Part shown: piece by piece, positions 61,252 through 64,000 of the stretch
Layout: each line of letters starts with the position of its first letter
How positions within the stretch are numbered: the first letter of the stretch is position 1
Origin: Promethearchaeota archaeon
Lineage (GTDB): Archaea > Asgardarchaeota > Lokiarchaeia > Sigyniarchaeales > SOKP01
NCBI GenBank assembly: GCA_016839705.1
Contig: JAEOTR010000035.1
Coordinates: forward strand, 32,001 to 96,000
DNA: 64,000 bases
Reading direction: 5' to 3'
The notes under the pieces: generated by a model
Seen by the model: the letters and a program-made list of their open reading frames with translations, nothing else
What the model was told of the DNA's origin: nothing
Databases searched by the model: none
Made by a program: the position numbers and the translations under genes

Positions 61252-61998
61252 ATGACGTTTGATTCCGGATTTAAGGTACATGAACGAAACAATCATTCTC
61301 ACCTCATTTCAAGTGGAGATAAGACTCTCGATGAGTTGCTTTCTGGGGGATTTCACCAAGATTTAGTGTATTTACTCTATGGAGATAAGAAGCTAACAAC
61401 CAACATCTTGCTAACAACTTCCGTTATTGTTCAAAAAGCGTTTGACAATGGAGGGCTTGGAGAAGGTATTAGAGTTGCCTTCATCGATGGAAACAATCGT
61501 TTTAATCCTTACAACGTAAGCAAATTTGCAGTTACTAAAAACTTGTCCCCCAAAACGGTGTTAGAAAACATCCTTATTTCACGAGCGTTTACTTTTGACC
61601 AAATAATTGAGATTCTGGAAAATAAACTTTCCATGCTTGAAGATGTGAAGGTTGTACTTATCTCTGGGATTACAACAATGCTCGAGAGCTATGAAAAGCA
61701 AACTTTCGAAGAATTACTACGGGCGATAGACGGAATTAAACAGATGCTCTGGAAAACAAAACCACTCATTATAATAACGGCGCCGATACATGAACATTCT
61801 CTTTTTAGACCAAAAGGGGGAAAAATTCTTTCTCATTTTGGGAGTGTACTGGTGATGATAAAAGATGATGAGCGGTATGTGGAATACACCCTCATTCAAC
61901 ACCCCTACTTACCTGAAAGTCGGTTGCTGAAATGGAAGCCCCGTACATCTAAGAAAAAGGTTCCTTTAAAAAATGCTACACTAGATTGCTGGTTTTAG
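61252..61998 (+). CDS. Inactive RecA/RadA-family paralog with C-terminal PIP-like motif
   Basis: ISSGDKTLDELLSGGF, FIDGNNRFNP, LENILISRAFT; Walker A degenerate (YGDKKLTT); ends NATLDCWF. Confidence 0.8.
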   Translation: MTFDSGFKVHERNNHSHLISSGDKTLDELLSGGFHQDLVYLLYGDKKLTTNILLTTSVIVQKAFDNGGLGEGIRVAFIDGNNRFNPYNVSKFAVTKNLSPKTVLENILISRAFTFDQIIEILENKLSMLEDVKVVLISGITTMLESYEKQTFEELLRAIDGIKQMLWKTKPLIIITAPIHEHSLFRPKGGKILSHFGSVLVMIKDDERYVEYTLIQHPYLPESRLLKWKPRTSKKKVPLKNATLDCWF

Positions 61999-62117
61999 AT
62001 TGATTACCAAAAGGCTTTTTCAAATTTATTTATAGTATCCTGCAAGTCATATTTATGCAATTTTACGTTTAAAAAACAATTGGTTTTAAAAAAATAGATG
62101 TTCAATTCTTAATAATT

Positions 62118-63998
62118 TCACTCTAGAATATCAAATTTGTAAAATAAATAATAAACAAATTTATAAATTCGAAAAAGTTTCTTAGATAACTTACTCACAA
62201 TTGTATTAAAAGACGCAATTGAATCGGTTTCTTTTGAGTGTAAAGAATTTTCAAAATCTGGATAAGGTAAATTTCCCGTCATTTTAGGAGGACGACCGAG
62301 ACTTTTCACCTTGTTCCAATTGCTATTTAGCTCTCTTGTCGCCAACCATGTTCTATCGGTAGTAATATTAAGTGCTTCTTTTGAAGATAATTCGATTTCA
62401 CCATAAATATTGATAGGTCCAATGCCACCTATGAAATCAACATTCTCAATAGTAATAGTATTTTCTCCTTGGTGAAGATATTCAGCTATATCGAAAATTT
62501 GAATGTTATTTTCTAATATATTAAAGTTAAGTGATTGTCGAGTTATCAAATGCCCTACGTAATTGCTATTAATGTTTAGTTTAGTGAAAGTACCACCTAA
62601 GATTTGTAAAGATGCTTTATCTATTTTGTCCTCAATTCGCATGACTTTTCTATAAAATGTAGTATGAACTTGATGGAGTTTTTTAGAGTTTAAATATATC
62701 AGTTCACTAGGAATGTTAGGGTCTTTCCATTTAAGATTGCTATTTATTGCTTTAATTCTTTCATCATAAAATTTGAGTAACCATAAATATTTTTCTTTGA
62801 TAGAGTTGAAACCTTCCACTTTTGCACAGCTTGACCATAAAAATTCATAATCATCGATTAGGGCACTTAACTCACTTTTTAAATCATTTATTTCTCTTAT
62901 TTTCATGTTCTTTAGCATTTCGTTTTTTGGAGAGAATTTAACTAGAAACTTGGAATTTCTTCTTTTTTTGCAATAGAATTTAATATGATTTGCTACAAAA
63001 GCAAGATTTCTTATGTTAATTTTATTTTTAGAGACAGCTTTTTCCAACTTTTCACAATTGCTTATGATTGCATCCATCTCAGCAATAATTTTCTCATATC
63101 CCTTTACTTTTAAGTTTTTACGATACCTTTTCGTATTTTTGGCATAAGGATGAGAAAAGAAATGATTATAATATGATCTAGGCCGAGTATGTAAAAGATT
63201 TTTCTCTTGAATTCTACGAAAATTGCTAAATATGTGTAATAATGTGGGATTTTGGATACCAAAGAAATGAAGACACAAACCTTTCCAGAAAGATAATAAA
63301 TTAAGATCTTTTAATGGGTCCCATCCAACATAAGCAGAAAAAATGAACCCATAAAATCGATTCTCTCGAATTTCTTTATTCCTATAGTCACCCCAACTTG
63401 AAGTAATTTCACCTAAAGCTCCCTTTTCATAACCGAGTTTTACTAAATTTGTGATATTTTTTTCATATCTACTAATAGTAGGAAAAATGCGATTATAATC
63501 TATTATAGAAGGGCTGACGATAACAGGTAAACCTTTTTCTCTTAATTTTAATAAAATTGGATGATCTTTCTGAATAGTATAGTTCCAGTACATTATTATA
63601 ATGTCTTTCGGTAAGTTCTCAATGATATCGTCATATTTGGAGAGGATGTCATGATAAATAATTATCTTTTTGTAACCATATTTTTTAGCAATATCGTAAA
63701 TTTTCTTATAATGGTTGAGATACGCCTTATTTATACTGATAGTATCAACGTATTCTTTTGAAGCAACCTTTCCTACATCCCAACTTTCATCTGCCCCTAT
63801 ATGAAAATATTCTGAATGGAAAACTTCACTTAATTCACTAATCATTTCATCTAATAATTCATATACGTCTTCATTTGCAATATTTAGGCTATTAGAACCC
63901 GGAAATTCTCCATATTCCCAATATTTTGGATTAGATAAAATATTTTCCCAATGTCCAATTGTTTGGAAAATGGGAATCAGTTCTACAAAATGTTTCCT
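62118..63998 (-). CDS. GH20-family beta-N-acetylhexosaminidase-like protein, 5'-truncated by window edge
   Basis: FHIGADE motif; frame open to the window end ([14 protein letters not shown]). Confidence 0.85.
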   Translation of the reverse strand, partial: RKHFVELIPIFQTIGHWENILSNPKYWEYGEFPGSNSLNIANEDVYELLDEMISELSEVFHSEYFHIGADESWDVGKVASKEYVDTISINKAYLNHYKKIYDIAKKYGYKKIIIYHDILSKYDDIIENLPKDIIIMYWNYTIQKDHPILLKLREKGLPVIVSPSIIDYNRIFPTISRYEKNITNLVKLGYEKGALGEITSSWGDYRNKEIRENRFYGFIFSAYVGWDPLKDLNLLSFWKGLCLHFFGIQNPTLLHIFSNFRRIQEKNLLHTRPRSYYNHFFSHPYAKNTKRYRKNLKVKGYEKIIAEMDAIISNCEKLEKAVSKNKINIRNLAFVANHIKFYCKKRRNSKFLVKFSPKNEMLKNMKIREINDLKSELSALIDDYEFLWSSCAKVEGFNSIKEKYLWLLKFYDERIKAINSNLKWKDPNIPSELIYLNSKKLHQVHTTFYRKVMRIEDKIDKASLQILGGTFTKLNINSNYVGHLITRQSLNFNILENNIQIFDIAEYLHQGENTITIENVDFIGGIGPINIYGEIELSSKEALNITTDRTWLATRELNSNWNKVKSLGRPPKMTGNLPYPDFENSLHSKETDSIASFNTIVSKLSKKLFRIYKFVYYLFYKFDILE

Positions 63999-64000
63999 CG

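Noticed and set aside
1-64000. tRNA/rRNA genes and selenoprotein read-through
   Set aside because: No GC-rich cloverleaf or rRNA-like segment seen, and no convincing continuation past TGA stops; checked by eye only

Overview
AT-rich archaeal chromosome segment, most likely from an Asgard archaeon (Lokiarchaeia). Evidence: a Loki-CTERM-type C-terminus, a Rab-like small GTPase, a gelsolin-domain protein, an arrestin-fold protein, TFB, a proteasome alpha subunit and archaeal RFC. Content: (1) 1-18 kb, metabolic and transport genes plus a tandem duplication of a small acidic-peptide gene with its upstream region; (2) about 18.3-25.4 kb, a variable region with gene fragments and local duplications; (3) a grpE-dnaK-dnaJ-tfb cluster; (4) ABC, MFS and lipid-related genes; (5) a GNAT-rfcS1-rfcS2-rfcL cluster whose second small subunit is ATPase-degenerate; (6) a structured non-coding stretch at about 47.43-47.70 kb next to a gelsolin+SAP-like gene; (7) Rab-like GTPase, psmA, a winged-helix protein and a 1644-aa protein built from about 14 MIT/TPR-like modules; (8) a split gene, an inactive RecA paralog with a PIP-like tail and a partial GH20. 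I recognised no rRNA, tRNA, CRISPR array or intact transposase/integrase. All calls come from reading the sequence by eye; no searches were run.
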